A DNA stretch of 64,000 bases from Planctomycetota bacterium (GTDB taxonomy: Bacteria; Planctomycetota; UBA1135; UBA2386): positions 21,749 to 85,748 of the forward strand of contig JBGCDH010000023.1 of the NCBI GenBank assembly GCA_045105235.1. Direction: 5' to 3'. The position numbers and the translations under genes are program-made. The first letter of the stretch is position 1, and each line of letters opens with the position of its first letter. The notes under the pieces are model-generated. The model had not been told where the DNA came from. It worked only from the letters and a program-made list of their open reading frames with translations, and did not search any database. This document shows positions 1 through 9,612 of the stretch, piece after piece.

Positions 1-84
1 CGCGAGGTGATCCCGCAGATCCTCGAGGAAGAACGCAACCGCACGCCGCGCAAGAAGGTCAACCCCGGCGCGATCGGTCGCTGA
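1..84 (+). CDS. 3' end of an upstream CDS (partial, unidentified)
   Basis: Frame 1 reads REVIPQILEEERNRTPRKKVNPGAIGR* with high-GC codon usage; TGA at 82-84, 4 nt before the glgB start. Confidence 0.6.
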   Translation, partial: REVIPQILEEERNRTPRKKVNPGAIGR

Positions 85-88
85 GCGC

Positions 89-2344
89 GTGGCCAAGCGC
101 AAACGAACCGTCCGGTCGAAGGCTGACGATGCGACGCCGTCGCCAGCAGAGACGCCGCCGGCTGCCGCTTCGCGAGCCAGGGAGGTCGCCCCCAGCGACC
201 CGCTGGCGCGACGGATCCAGTCAGATCCGCTGCTGCAGCGCTACCGGCCGGCGCTCGAGCGGCGCATGACGGCCACCAAAGCTCTGCGCGAGGTGCTGCG
301 TGCCGACGGACACGGCCGCTTGGCCGAGTTTGCCGATGGCCACCGGCGCTTTGGCGTGGTCCGCGACGGGGCGGGTCAAGACGCCGACTGGCTGGTGCGT
401 GAATGGGCTCCCAACGCGACCGCCGTCTACCTGAAGGGGCCGTTCTCCGACTGGCAGGCGAAGCCGGCGTTCGCGCTGACGAGAATGGCTGCGTCGGGCG
501 TTGCGGGGTCGGGCGTTGCTGGGTCGACGCATGGGTCCGCCGGCAAAACGGGCCTGGCGGCAGCTGACGATGCAGGCGGCATCTTTGAGCTGCGCCTGCC
601 GGCCGAAACGCTCGCGCACGGCACGCCCTACCGACTCGAAGTGCACTGGCCCGACAGCCGCGGCATCACGACCAAGGGCGACCGCATGCCGGCCTACGCG
701 CAGCGCGTCGTGCACCACGAAGACAACTGGGACGCCGAGATCTGGCAGCCGGCGCGGCCCTACGCGTTTCAGCACAAGCCGCCGACGCGCAAGGCGGGTG
801 CGCCGCGCTTCATCTACGAAGCGCACATCGGCATGGCCCAAGAAGCCAAGCGCATCGGCACCTTCGACGAGTTTCGCACCGAGGTGCTGCCGCGCATTCG
901 CGCCGCCGGCTACGACACGGTGCAGCTCATGGGCCTGGCCGAGCATTCGTACTACGGCTCGTTTGGCTACCAGATCTCCAGCTACTTTGCGCCGTCGTCG
1001 CGCTTCGGCACGCCCGACGATCTCAAGCGGCTGATCGACGAAGCGCACGGCATGGGCCTGTGCGTGCTGATGGACCTCGTGCACTCGCACATGGCGCGCA
1101 ACATCGTCGAGGGCATCTCGCGCCAGGACGGCAGCGAAAGCCAGTACACGCTGCCCGGCGAACGCGGCGAGCATCCGGCCTGGGGCTCGCGCTGCTTTGC
1201 CTACCACAAGCGCGAGGTGCTGCGGTTTCTGCTGTCCAACTGCCGCTACTGGCTCGAAGAGTACCGCATCGACGGGTTCCGCTTCGACGGCGTGACCAGC
1301 ATGCTCTACCGCGACCACGGCCTGAACCGAGAGTTTACGAGCTACGACGACTACTTCGCGGCCGGCACAGGCACGGACGAAGACCTCGCCAAGTCCGTCG
1401 ACGAACACGCCTACGCCTACCTGGCACTCGCCAACGAGCTGATCCACGAGGTGCTGCCCGAGGCGGTCACGATCGCCGAAGACGTCTCGGGCATGCCGGG
1501 CCTGGCGCTGCCGGTCGCCGAAGGCGGCTGCGGCTTCGACTACCGGTTTGCGATGGGCGTCGCCGACGAATGGGTTCGGCTCGTCAAGGACGTGCAGGAC
1601 GAGCAGTGGCCGATGGACAAGGTCTGGTTTGAGCTGACCAACCGCCGCCGCGACGAGCGCACGATCAGCTACGTCGAGTCGCACGACCAGGCCATGGTCG
1701 GCGACCAGACGCTGATTTTCCGCATGGCCGGCGAACGCGTCTACGAGCACATGTCGCGCACTAGCGACGACGTGCTCGTCGATCGCGCCATGGCGCTGCA
1801 CAAGCTGCTGCGACTGCTGACGGTGGCGACCGCCGGCGACGGCTACCTCAACTTCATGGGCAACGAGTTTGGCCACCCGGACTGGATCGATTTCCCGCGC
1901 GTGGAAAACGACTGGTCGCACGAATACGCGCGCCGGCAGTGGTCGCTGAGCGATGACGACTCGTTGCGCTACGGGCTGCTGCGCGCATTCGACCGCGAAC
2001 TGCTGCTGCTGTGCCGCACGCACGGCATCCCGGACGGCACCGACCACGAATACCAGCTGCTCAGCAGCGAGCCCGCCAAGGTGCTCGCCTGGCTGCGCGG
2101 CCCGCTGCTGTTCGTCGTCAACCTGCACCCGCAGCAGTCGCTGCCCGCGGCCCGTATCCCGGCGGCGCCCGGCCACTACCGCATCGTGCTCGACAGCGAC
2201 GCGCCCGAGTTTGGCGGCCACGACCGCATCGACCGCAGCCTCGCGCACGAGGCCGATACCGATCGCATCCACCGCCACCATTTGCAGCTGTATCTGCCGG
2301 CGAGGACGGCGCTGGTGTTGGAGCGGACGGCGGCGGCGCCTTAG
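89..2344 (+). CDS. glgB: 1,4-alpha-glucan branching enzyme (GH13, eukaryote/Bacteroidota-like type)
   Basis: REWAPNA CBM48 start, IYEAHIGM, catalytic regions FRFDGVTSM, IAEDVSG, YVESHDQ, and YLNFMGNEFGHP. Confidence 0.95.
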   Translation: MAKRKRTVRSKADDATPSPAETPPAAASRAREVAPSDPLARRIQSDPLLQRYRPALERRMTATKALREVLRADGHGRLAEFADGHRRFGVVRDGAGQDADWLVREWAPNATAVYLKGPFSDWQAKPAFALTRMAASGVAGSGVAGSTHGSAGKTGLAAADDAGGIFELRLPAETLAHGTPYRLEVHWPDSRGITTKGDRMPAYAQRVVHHEDNWDAEIWQPARPYAFQHKPPTRKAGAPRFIYEAHIGMAQEAKRIGTFDEFRTEVLPRIRAAGYDTVQLMGLAEHSYYGSFGYQISSYFAPSSRFGTPDDLKRLIDEAHGMGLCVLMDLVHSHMARNIVEGISRQDGSESQYTLPGERGEHPAWGSRCFAYHKREVLRFLLSNCRYWLEEYRIDGFRFDGVTSMLYRDHGLNREFTSYDDYFAAGTGTDEDLAKSVDEHAYAYLALANELIHEVLPEAVTIAEDVSGMPGLALPVAEGGCGFDYRFAMGVADEWVRLVKDVQDEQWPMDKVWFELTNRRRDERTISYVESHDQAMVGDQTLIFRMAGERVYEHMSRTSDDVLVDRAMALHKLLRLLTVATAGDGYLNFMGNEFGHPDWIDFPRVENDWSHEYARRQWSLSDDDSLRYGLLRAFDRELLLLCRTHGIPDGTDHEYQLLSSEPAKVLAWLRGPLLFVVNLHPQQSLPAARIPAAPGHYRIVLDSDAPEFGGHDRIDRSLAHEADTDRIHRHHLQLYLPARTALVLERTAAAP

Positions 2345-2372
2345 CGCCAAAGCACCGGAGCAGACGAAGCGC

Positions 2373-4169
2373 CTACAGAATCGTCACGTGCACGCTGTTC
2401 GTCAGTTCGACCGGCTGGTTTGCAAGCAGCCGCGCACTCTGGAAGAACAGCTCGGCGCCGTGCAGCGACGCGTCGACGGGCACCGCTAGCTGATACTGCG
2501 GCCCTGGCGTGCCGAGCACGTAGGCGTCGATCGAGATCGTGCCGTTGGGGTCGAGGTGCAGGTTGCGGTTGAAGCCGACCGGCGCGTCACCTTCGGCAAA
2601 AGCCGCAAACAGCCCCGCAATCGAGCCCGCGGGGCCGTCGATGGTCACGTCAATGCTGCCGCCGAGTTCGACGTCGGGCTCGGCCAGCGACAGTCCGTCG
2701 CGGATGCCGAGCACGTCGAAGATCTCGACCAGGTCGGGGCGTCGGCCAATCACGTCGGGCGTGTCCGGGCCGTAGGTGTGCAGCAGGTCCAGGATCTCTT
2801 GGTTGCTGAGCGTCGTGCCAAGCTGTCGCTTGCACGCGCCCTGGATGCACGCGATCACCGATGCGATGTGCGGCGTCGCCGACGACGTGCCGGTCGCCGA
2901 CTGCGTGTAGGCCTGCAGCGGATCCTGCCCCGGAAAGAACAGGTCGCCGTAGCCGCTCGCGATCACGCCATCGCCCCAGCTGTGCGCATCCACTCGCCCA
3001 CCCCAGTTGCTAAACACCGCGCGCTGCAGCGCACCACCCGCCGAGGCGCTGACGATCACGGCGCCCGAATCCCGGAAGCTGCGGCTGAAGCGGCCGAGCA
3101 GCGCCGGATCGTCGAGACTGCGGTTGCCGTTTCCCGACGGCGCGACCAGGTGGATATCCTGCGCGGTCACGGTCGCGACCGCGTCGTAGGCCGACTGGTA
3201 GAACTCGATCGGCAAGAACGTGCCCGGTCCGAGGCCCGGCACCAGCACCATCAGCACCAGCAGCGTGACGTCGCCGGGATCGCCTTCGACCGCGACCAAG
3301 GCCAGCGAGTCCGCGAGCCCGTTGTTGACGTCGATCGACAAGAAGCGGGCGTCGACCAAGTCCGAGATGCCGGTGATGCCAAACGCGTTGCGGTCGGCAA
3401 AGGAGATCGAAGCCCCCGAGAGGCCGTGGTTCGCCGTCGACAGCACCGGCGCCGGGATGACGCCGAGGAAGTTGCTGCTGACCAGCTTGCTGACGTCTTC
3501 GTGCCCGAGAATCCACGTGTTCTCGACCATGTAGAAGCCGACGTCCTGGCCGCGTGCGCCGAGCACGCTGTTGGCCATGCGGACGCCGTGGCCCACGGGA
3601 GATGCCGAATGCGCGAGCTGCTGCGCGACAAACGACGGCGTCGTCGGCGGCGGATCGTTTCCTTGCGGCGGCAGCGCAACGGGCGTCCGGTAAGAAGCCG
3701 GGTAGTAGATTGGCTCGCGGTAGGCGTGCGCCACCAGCGGCTCCTGCTGCAGCTGCTCGAGCAGGGCGTCGGCGGCGGCCGCATCGGCGCAGATCGCGCG
3801 ATACCAAAGGCCCAGGTGGCCGGGTCGGCTGCGCGCCGGCATCACCGCGCAGGCGTGGCGGTGCAGGCGATCGAGTTCGTCCCAGCTGACCGACGCCACC
3901 AGAGGCTGCACAAACGCACCCGCGGCCCGGCAGCGCTCCGTCACGGCGCGCAGGTCAACGCCGGTGCGCGACACAAAGTCGCCGTCCAGCCATTCGCCGC
4001 CCGAGCCCGCACGCAGCTGGAACTCGATTCGGTTGGTGTGGACCGCCGGCAGTTGCGCCGTCGGTTCTTGCGGGGCCGCCTGCGACACCAGCGCCGCGGG
4101 CAGCGCCAGAGACGCCAAGAGCGCCAGCAAACAAACGAACGCTCGGGTCTTCGATCGCATCGATAGCAT
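2373..4169 (-). CDS. Secreted S8 (subtilisin-like) serine peptidase with C-terminal beta domain
   Basis: Signal peptide, prodomain, HED-x, NHG, SGNG oxyanion region, FSNWG, GTSSATP nucleophile; start approximate. Confidence 0.85.
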   Translation of the reverse strand: MLSMRSKTRAFVCLLALLASLALPAALVSQAAPQEPTAQLPAVHTNRIEFQLRAGSGGEWLDGDFVSRTGVDLRAVTERCRAAGAFVQPLVASVSWDELDRLHRHACAVMPARSRPGHLGLWYRAICADAAAADALLEQLQQEPLVAHAYREPIYYPASYRTPVALPPQGNDPPPTTPSFVAQQLAHSASPVGHGVRMANSVLGARGQDVGFYMVENTWILGHEDVSKLVSSNFLGVIPAPVLSTANHGLSGASISFADRNAFGITGISDLVDARFLSIDVNNGLADSLALVAVEGDPGDVTLLVLMVLVPGLGPGTFLPIEFYQSAYDAVATVTAQDIHLVAPSGNGNRSLDDPALLGRFSRSFRDSGAVIVSASAGGALQRAVFSNWGGRVDAHSWGDGVIASGYGDLFFPGQDPLQAYTQSATGTSSATPHIASVIACIQGACKRQLGTTLSNQEILDLLHTYGPDTPDVIGRRPDLVEIFDVLGIRDGLSLAEPDVELGGSIDVTIDGPAGSIAGLFAAFAEGDAPVGFNRNLHLDPNGTISIDAYVLGTPGPQYQLAVPVDASLHGAELFFQSARLLANQPVELTNSVHVTIL

Positions 4170-4334
4170 CGTCGCCCCAGCGTAGCGCAACGGCGCAAGG
4201 ACGGAACCGGCGCCGGCGCCTGTTTCGTTGCTCGCGCAGCGAAGTTTCGTTGCGCGCGTCGCGAAACGGTCGAGCGCACGCCGCCGCCCGCATCCAGCCG
4301 GCGGCGGCGCGTCGGCCGGATGCAGGCGTCGGCG

Positions 4335-7220
4335 TCAGTTGCCGATCGTCGCGCGGCCCGCGTTGGACAGCACCAGGCCCGCCGCGTTGACGGCATCGAG
4401 GATCGCCCACTGGTGAAACAGCTCGGTGCCAATCAGGCCGGTGCTGCTCGGCACCGCGATCGACTGGCTGCCCGTTCCGGTCGCCGACGTGACGACGGCA
4501 TCGAGCACATCCGGCGCAACCAGCAGATCACAGCCAGGTGCACCCGGCAGCGGGGTCGGCAGCGCGCCACCGCTCCAGCTCGTGTCGGAAAGGCCCGACG
4601 CCAGCACCGCAAACGTGTTGGCAAGCGCGTCCGACAGCGTCAAATCGTAGCTAGCGCCGAGAATCGGCTCGCCCGCATTCGAAAGCGCCGGCACCGCAAA
4701 GTTCGGCCCGCCGGTGCACGAGACGCGGTACGACGGCCGCTGCACCAGACCCGACTGGCTCCAGCTGTTGTTGCCCACCGTGCGGAAGTAGCCGGTGCCC
4801 GACTGGCCCGACGACAGGTTGGAAATGATGCCGTCCGGCGAGTTCTCATAGCCAATGTAGAACGTGCCGTTGACCGCCACCGGCGTTGCAAACGTTGCCG
4901 TGTAGAAACCGGGCGTTGTGCCAACCGTCATCGTCACGCTCGCCAGCGGCGTGCTGTCCGGAACGCCGCCAACCTGCGCGTAGATGTGCGCGGGGCGCGT
5001 GATCGACGAACCGTTGTTGGACGCGGTGTAGACCTCAAAGCCCGTCACCTGCGCGCTGCCGATGCTCGGCACTTCGTAGGTGTATTCAAAGCCGTTGGTG
5101 CTGTTGGTGAGCGTGCCGCCGTTGGTGTTGAGCTCCGCGCAGAACGCCGACAGCGGCACCGAGCCGGGGCAACCCTGACCAAACGCAGCGAACGATGCGA
5201 ACGCCGGCGGGATGCCGGGCTGCCCATCGCCACCGACTACGACCAGCGAGTAGTCGGCGTCGACCGCCGCGGTCTCGACGTGGTTGTCGACAACGATCGA
5301 CGTGCCCTTGATGTCGACGTTCCATACACCGCTTTCGGGCGCATCGACAAACACGCACTCAAGCGAGTTGACGCTGTCTTCGCTGCCGCCAACAACCGAC
5401 CAAACGCCGTCTTCGAGGCCGTTGTTGCCCCAGTAGACGACACCGCTCGGCGACGTCACCCGCAGCGACAGGTCGTTGATCAGGTGCGCGGCGGCGGCGG
5501 GATTGGCCGCGGGCTCGAGCCAGTTGAGGCAGATCTTCAGCGACGGTTCGCCAGCCGCCACGGTCACTTCCCAGCGACTCGCCCCACCCTGCGGCAGCAC
5601 GTCGGTCTCGTCGACGATGAAGGTCTCGGCGCGCCGGTCCCACATGTTCTGCAGGTTCGGGAAGCCAAAGCCCTGGTGCTCGCGACGGTTGTCCGAGCTC
5701 GCCGCGGTAAACGCGTACTGGTTCGCGCTGACGACCTGCAGGGCCTTCAGCGTCGGCGCGTGCGGGCGGTTGGCGTGCGCGCCCGAGCCGGGGGCGCGCA
5801 GCACGTTGCCAAACGGACCGACGCCAGGTGTCGCCGAGTCGTCGGTGAACATCTGGATCGCCAACACGTTGTGGCCGGCCACAATCGGCGTCGCACCGGA
5901 CGTGCCGCCAAAGCTGTTGGAGAAGCCGCCGCCGACGGCCGACGTGCCGATGTTGTCGTAGTAGGCGCACAGCGTTGGCTTGAGGCGGCCATCGCTCGCT
6001 GGGCCGATGCTGGCACCACCGTTTTGCCACGAGTCATCGGCGGCGCTGCTGTTGTTGGCGTGGTTGACGCCACCGCACGAGAAGACGTTTTTCGCCCAGG
6101 CCTGCGGCCGCGAGTCCTGGTTGCCGGCGTTGGACTGCGACTGCGTCCAGGTGATGTCGTTATCAAACGTGATGTCGTCCGATTCGGCCGAGATCGACGT
6201 GTAGAAGAACGTGCGCGCGTTGCCCCACGAAGCCGTCGTGTGGCTGCAGTCGTGGATGTTGATCAGGTCGTTGAAGACCTGCCAGCGCGACGTCGTGACG
6301 CTGCCGTTGTTGGTGTAAAATTTGGTCGCATCCGGTGCCATGCCGCGCACGGCCGGGTTGGAGTTGCCGTTGCCAAAGACGATGCCGGCCGTGGCGTGGC
6401 CGTGGCCCGAAGACGCGCCGCCGCTGTTGACGTTGACGGCACCACCGGTGAAGTCTTGGTGCGAGGCCTCAATGCCTTCGTAGATGTGCGCGCCGATGCC
6501 GGTGCCGGTGTAGCCGACCTGCGCTTCGACATAGTTGCCGCCGCCCTGGATGCGGGCGTTGTCCATGTCCAGTTCGGGCGGCGACCAGCGATCGATCCAC
6601 AGCACTTCGTCAAAGCCTGCGACCTTCTGCAGCTGCGGGCCGGTCAGCGACGCTTCCAGCAGCAGACTGCCGGTTTGCTCGTGTTCGATGACGGCGCCCA
6701 TGGCGCGGATCTTGGCCATCAGGCCCGGCTTGTCCGTGTGCTTGTCGGCGACGACCAGGTTGTAGTGCACGGGCTGCGTGCCGCTCAGCACCTCGGCGTG
6801 CTGAAGCGCTGGCTCGAGCCGGTAGGCCGGATGGTAGCTGCCGAGCCAGCGCACCATCGGCAGCGCACGAACAGCCTGCTGCTGCGCCGCCGGCATGCGC
6901 ACGACGTAGGCGTTGTCGGGCAGGTAGCCGACGATCTTGCCGCCGAGTTCTTGCAGCGCGGTCCGGCCGAGTTCGCTCGGCGTGCCGTGGAACTGCACGA
7001 TCTGCAGACTCTGCGCGGCCGTGCTCTGCAGCAGCTCGGGCACCGCAGGCGAGCCCGTCAAAGGATCGAACGTCGCAAAACGCAGCTTCACAAAGCTGCC
7101 GGCTGCGGTCGCGTTCGGAGAAGAACTCGCGGAGGAGCGTGGTGCCTGGCCGATAGCGGCGGCACACGCCAATGCGAGAACACAGGCCGTCGTGAGGGCC
7201 GGCGTGGATGGATTGCGCAT
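4335..7220 (-). CDS. Secreted S8 serine peptidase with P/jelly-roll-like domain and C-terminal beta domain
   Basis: Signal peptide, GYLPDNAY prodomain, GHGHATAG, GPASDGRLKP, GGTSGATP, QGFG, INDLSLRVTSPSG; start approximate. Confidence 0.9.
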   Translation of the reverse strand: MRNPSTPALTTACVLALACAAAIGQAPRSSASSSPNATAAGSFVKLRFATFDPLTGSPAVPELLQSTAAQSLQIVQFHGTPSELGRTALQELGGKIVGYLPDNAYVVRMPAAQQQAVRALPMVRWLGSYHPAYRLEPALQHAEVLSGTQPVHYNLVVADKHTDKPGLMAKIRAMGAVIEHEQTGSLLLEASLTGPQLQKVAGFDEVLWIDRWSPPELDMDNARIQGGGNYVEAQVGYTGTGIGAHIYEGIEASHQDFTGGAVNVNSGGASSGHGHATAGIVFGNGNSNPAVRGMAPDATKFYTNNGSVTTSRWQVFNDLINIHDCSHTTASWGNARTFFYTSISAESDDITFDNDITWTQSQSNAGNQDSRPQAWAKNVFSCGGVNHANNSSAADDSWQNGGASIGPASDGRLKPTLCAYYDNIGTSAVGGGFSNSFGGTSGATPIVAGHNVLAIQMFTDDSATPGVGPFGNVLRAPGSGAHANRPHAPTLKALQVVSANQYAFTAASSDNRREHQGFGFPNLQNMWDRRAETFIVDETDVLPQGGASRWEVTVAAGEPSLKICLNWLEPAANPAAAAHLINDLSLRVTSPSGVVYWGNNGLEDGVWSVVGGSEDSVNSLECVFVDAPESGVWNVDIKGTSIVVDNHVETAAVDADYSLVVVGGDGQPGIPPAFASFAAFGQGCPGSVPLSAFCAELNTNGGTLTNSTNGFEYTYEVPSIGSAQVTGFEVYTASNNGSSITRPAHIYAQVGGVPDSTPLASVTMTVGTTPGFYTATFATPVAVNGTFYIGYENSPDGIISNLSSGQSGTGYFRTVGNNSWSQSGLVQRPSYRVSCTGGPNFAVPALSNAGEPILGASYDLTLSDALANTFAVLASGLSDTSWSGGALPTPLPGAPGCDLLVAPDVLDAVVTSATGTGSQSIAVPSSTGLIGTELFHQWAILDAVNAAGLVLSNAGRATIGN

Positions 7221-7398
7221 GAGAAGCAAGGAGGAGCCGGGGCAGGCTCCCGCGCATTCTAGCAATGTCTGTCCATCCGCGCTGGAAACCGAAAACTGTG
7301 CGGCGCGGAACCTGCCTCACAACGCCAGAACTCCTGCGAGGCTCCCGCGCCCTCTGACCATCCGTCACGAATCAGGCCGATGCCGCGTATCGCGCCCG

Positions 7399-9141
7399 CT
7401 AGCCCACGAGGTCCCAACGCCGCAAGACGTCCGCTACCTGCTTGGCGCGCAGCGGCTTGATGCAGAACATGTCCATGCCGCTCGCCAGGCAGTACTGCTC
7501 ATTGCCCGACGACGCGTCGGCCGTGAGCGCAACGATCGGCGTGCGCGCATCGCCTTGCTGGAGCTCGTGCTTGCGCATGTTCTGAGCCGCCGTGTAGCCG
7601 TCGACGATCGGCATCTGGCAATCCAAGAAGACCAGATCGAAGCTCTCGCGCGCAAACATCTCGGCCGCCTGCTGGCCATCGGCGACCTCCACGACGGCGC
7701 ACCCCATCTGGCGCAGGCGCTCGGCAAGCACGCGTCGATTGATTGGTGAGTCATCGGCGACCAGCACGCTCCGCCCCGAAGCGCGCAGCGCAGCCGGCTC
7801 GGCCGCGTCGCCGCCGTCCTTCGGTTGCGCCGGCGCCATCGCCGCCGCCAAAACCCGGGACAGCTCAGTCGGCCGCACGGGCTGCTGCATGATGCCGACG
7901 ACGCCCAGGCCTTCGTAGGTGTCGTCGTCATGCACGGCGGCCGGCGTCTCGATCAGGACGATCGGGTTGTCGACGTTGGCTGCGCGGATGCTGCGCAGCA
8001 CGGCCTGCGAATCGGTCGAGGCTTCGACAAACAGCAGGTCGCTTGGCTGCAGCCCGCGTAGATCATCCAAGACGACCCGCAGGCCCAGTTCTTCGAGATG
8101 CCCGGACAGCAGCCGCAGCGTGTTGAAGCGCGACGCCAGGATATGGGCGGTGCGCGGCGGCCCCGCGACGTCGGCTGGCGCGGCGCGCGCCGCATCCGCA
8201 CCCGCATCCGCCGCACCCGATGCAACCCGGGCCCGCTTGAGCGGCACCCGTGCGGCAAACACGCTGCCTTCGCCCGGGGTGCTCGAGCATGTGATTTCGC
8301 CTCCCATCAGCTCGACAAATTGCCGGCTGATCGTCAGGCCGAGGCCCGTGCCGCCGTAGCGCCGCGTCGTCGAGGCATCCGCCTGCACAAACGGCTGAAA
8401 CAGCCGTTCGGCCACATCGCGATCAAAGCCGCGGCCCGTGTCGCCGACTTCAAAGATCGTCGAAGCACAGCTCTCTTCCGCACAGCGCGCCGAAAGGCTG
8501 ACAAAGCCGCTGTCGGTAAACTTGACCGCGTTGGCGCCGAGATTGAGCAACACCTGGCGCAGCCGCACGCGATCGCCGAGCACATACCGTGGCAGCGTCG
8601 GGCACAAATCAAACAGCAGCTCAACGCCCTTGTCCTCGGCCTGCACGTGCAGCAGCTGCACCACGGACTCGCACGTCTCCCACAGATCGAACCGCTCGTG
8701 CTCGAGCTCGATGGCCTCGGCCTCGGCCTTGGAGAAGTTCAACACCTGGTTGACGAGGTCCAAGAACGACTCCGCCGTGGTCACCACCGCCCGCACCCGA
8801 TCGCGCTGCTGCTCCGAGAGCTGCCCGGCCATGATCAGCTCGGACATGCCGATGATGCCGCTGATCGGCGTGCGCAGCTCGTGGCTCATGTTGGCGAGAA
8901 AGCGCGACTTCTGCTTCGAAGCCTCTTCTGCCGCTGCCAGCGCGCGCGCGATCTCCTTGTTCTGGACCTCAAGATCGAGCGTGCGTTGCTCGGTCATCTC
9001 AACCAGCTGCATCGCCGCGTGTACGTTCGCCGACACCACCTCGGTCTTCTCGAGCCGCAGGCGCTGGTTCTCCGCGCGCAGCTCTTCGCACTGTTGGCGG
9101 AGCGCCTGGCACTCGTTTTGTTGATCGTCAGAGGAGGTCAT
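7399..9141 (-). CDS. Cytoplasmic hybrid histidine kinase (coiled coil-HisKA-HATPase-pseudoREC-REC)
   Basis: ANMSHELRTP H-box, NLGANAVKFT N-box, DTGRG, GGTGLGL, C-terminal receiver VADD...FLDCQMP...LTA...KP; no TM or PAS domain seen. Confidence 0.93.
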   Translation of the reverse strand: MTSSDDQQNECQALRQQCEELRAENQRLRLEKTEVVSANVHAAMQLVEMTEQRTLDLEVQNKEIARALAAAEEASKQKSRFLANMSHELRTPISGIIGMSELIMAGQLSEQQRDRVRAVVTTAESFLDLVNQVLNFSKAEAEAIELEHERFDLWETCESVVQLLHVQAEDKGVELLFDLCPTLPRYVLGDRVRLRQVLLNLGANAVKFTDSGFVSLSARCAEESCASTIFEVGDTGRGFDRDVAERLFQPFVQADASTTRRYGGTGLGLTISRQFVELMGGEITCSSTPGEGSVFAARVPLKRARVASGAADAGADAARAAPADVAGPPRTAHILASRFNTLRLLSGHLEELGLRVVLDDLRGLQPSDLLFVEASTDSQAVLRSIRAANVDNPIVLIETPAAVHDDDTYEGLGVVGIMQQPVRPTELSRVLAAAMAPAQPKDGGDAAEPAALRASGRSVLVADDSPINRRVLAERLRQMGCAVVEVADGQQAAEMFARESFDLVFLDCQMPIVDGYTAAQNMRKHELQQGDARTPIVALTADASSGNEQYCLASGMDMFCIKPLRAKQVADVLRRWDLVG

Positions 9142-9168
9142 GAGCTTCGTCGCAGCACCGCAGGCCTC

Positions 9169-9612
9169 TCAGAACGTGACCGTCGGCACACCGGCTGCGA
9201 CACCTTCGACAAACTCGGCGAGCCCAGACACCTTCATCGTGGCGCCGATCGTCGCCGCCGAGCCGGGAACGGCCGCCGCCACCGCTCCGTCGGTCAGAGC
9301 GCCGCCGACCGCGTCCAGACGGTCCCAGGCGTTCCCGCAGTGCTCGGTCACGCATGATGAGCAGCATCGAATCACAACGCCCATCGCCTCCAGCTGGTCG
9401 AGCAGGGCATAGACGCGATCTCCAACAGCACGGCGCGGCTCGCACGCCCACTTGGTGGCGTCGAGCACCAAAAAGACCCGAACGCTCAAGCCAGAGGCAG
9501 CTGCCGCGAGCGCCGCCTCGAGTGCCAAGCACGCACGTGGGATATCCGCGGGACCGCTGGTCGCGACGATCTGGATCCGGCGCGGAGCCGCTTCACTTGC
9601 CGAGATTTCCAT
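9169..9612 (-). CDS. DsrE/DsrF-family protein
   Basis: IVATSGP...A...V.VFLVLDA fold pattern, CCSSC motif, ends VTF*. Confidence 0.8.
   Translation of the reverse strand: MEISASEAAPRRIQIVATSGPADIPRACLALEAALAAAASGLSVRVFLVLDATKWACEPRRAVGDRVYALLDQLEAMGVVIRCCSSCVTEHCGNAWDRLDAVGGALTDGAVAAAVPGSAATIGATMKVSGLAEFVEGVAAGVPTVTF

Noticed and set aside
221-2350. Long antisense or alternate-frame ORFs (also 4320-7262, 12499-14931, 15804-19583, 19656-21833, 45865-47523 and others)
   Set aside because: Shadow ORFs of well-supported genes, expected in high-GC DNA; no recognisable motifs
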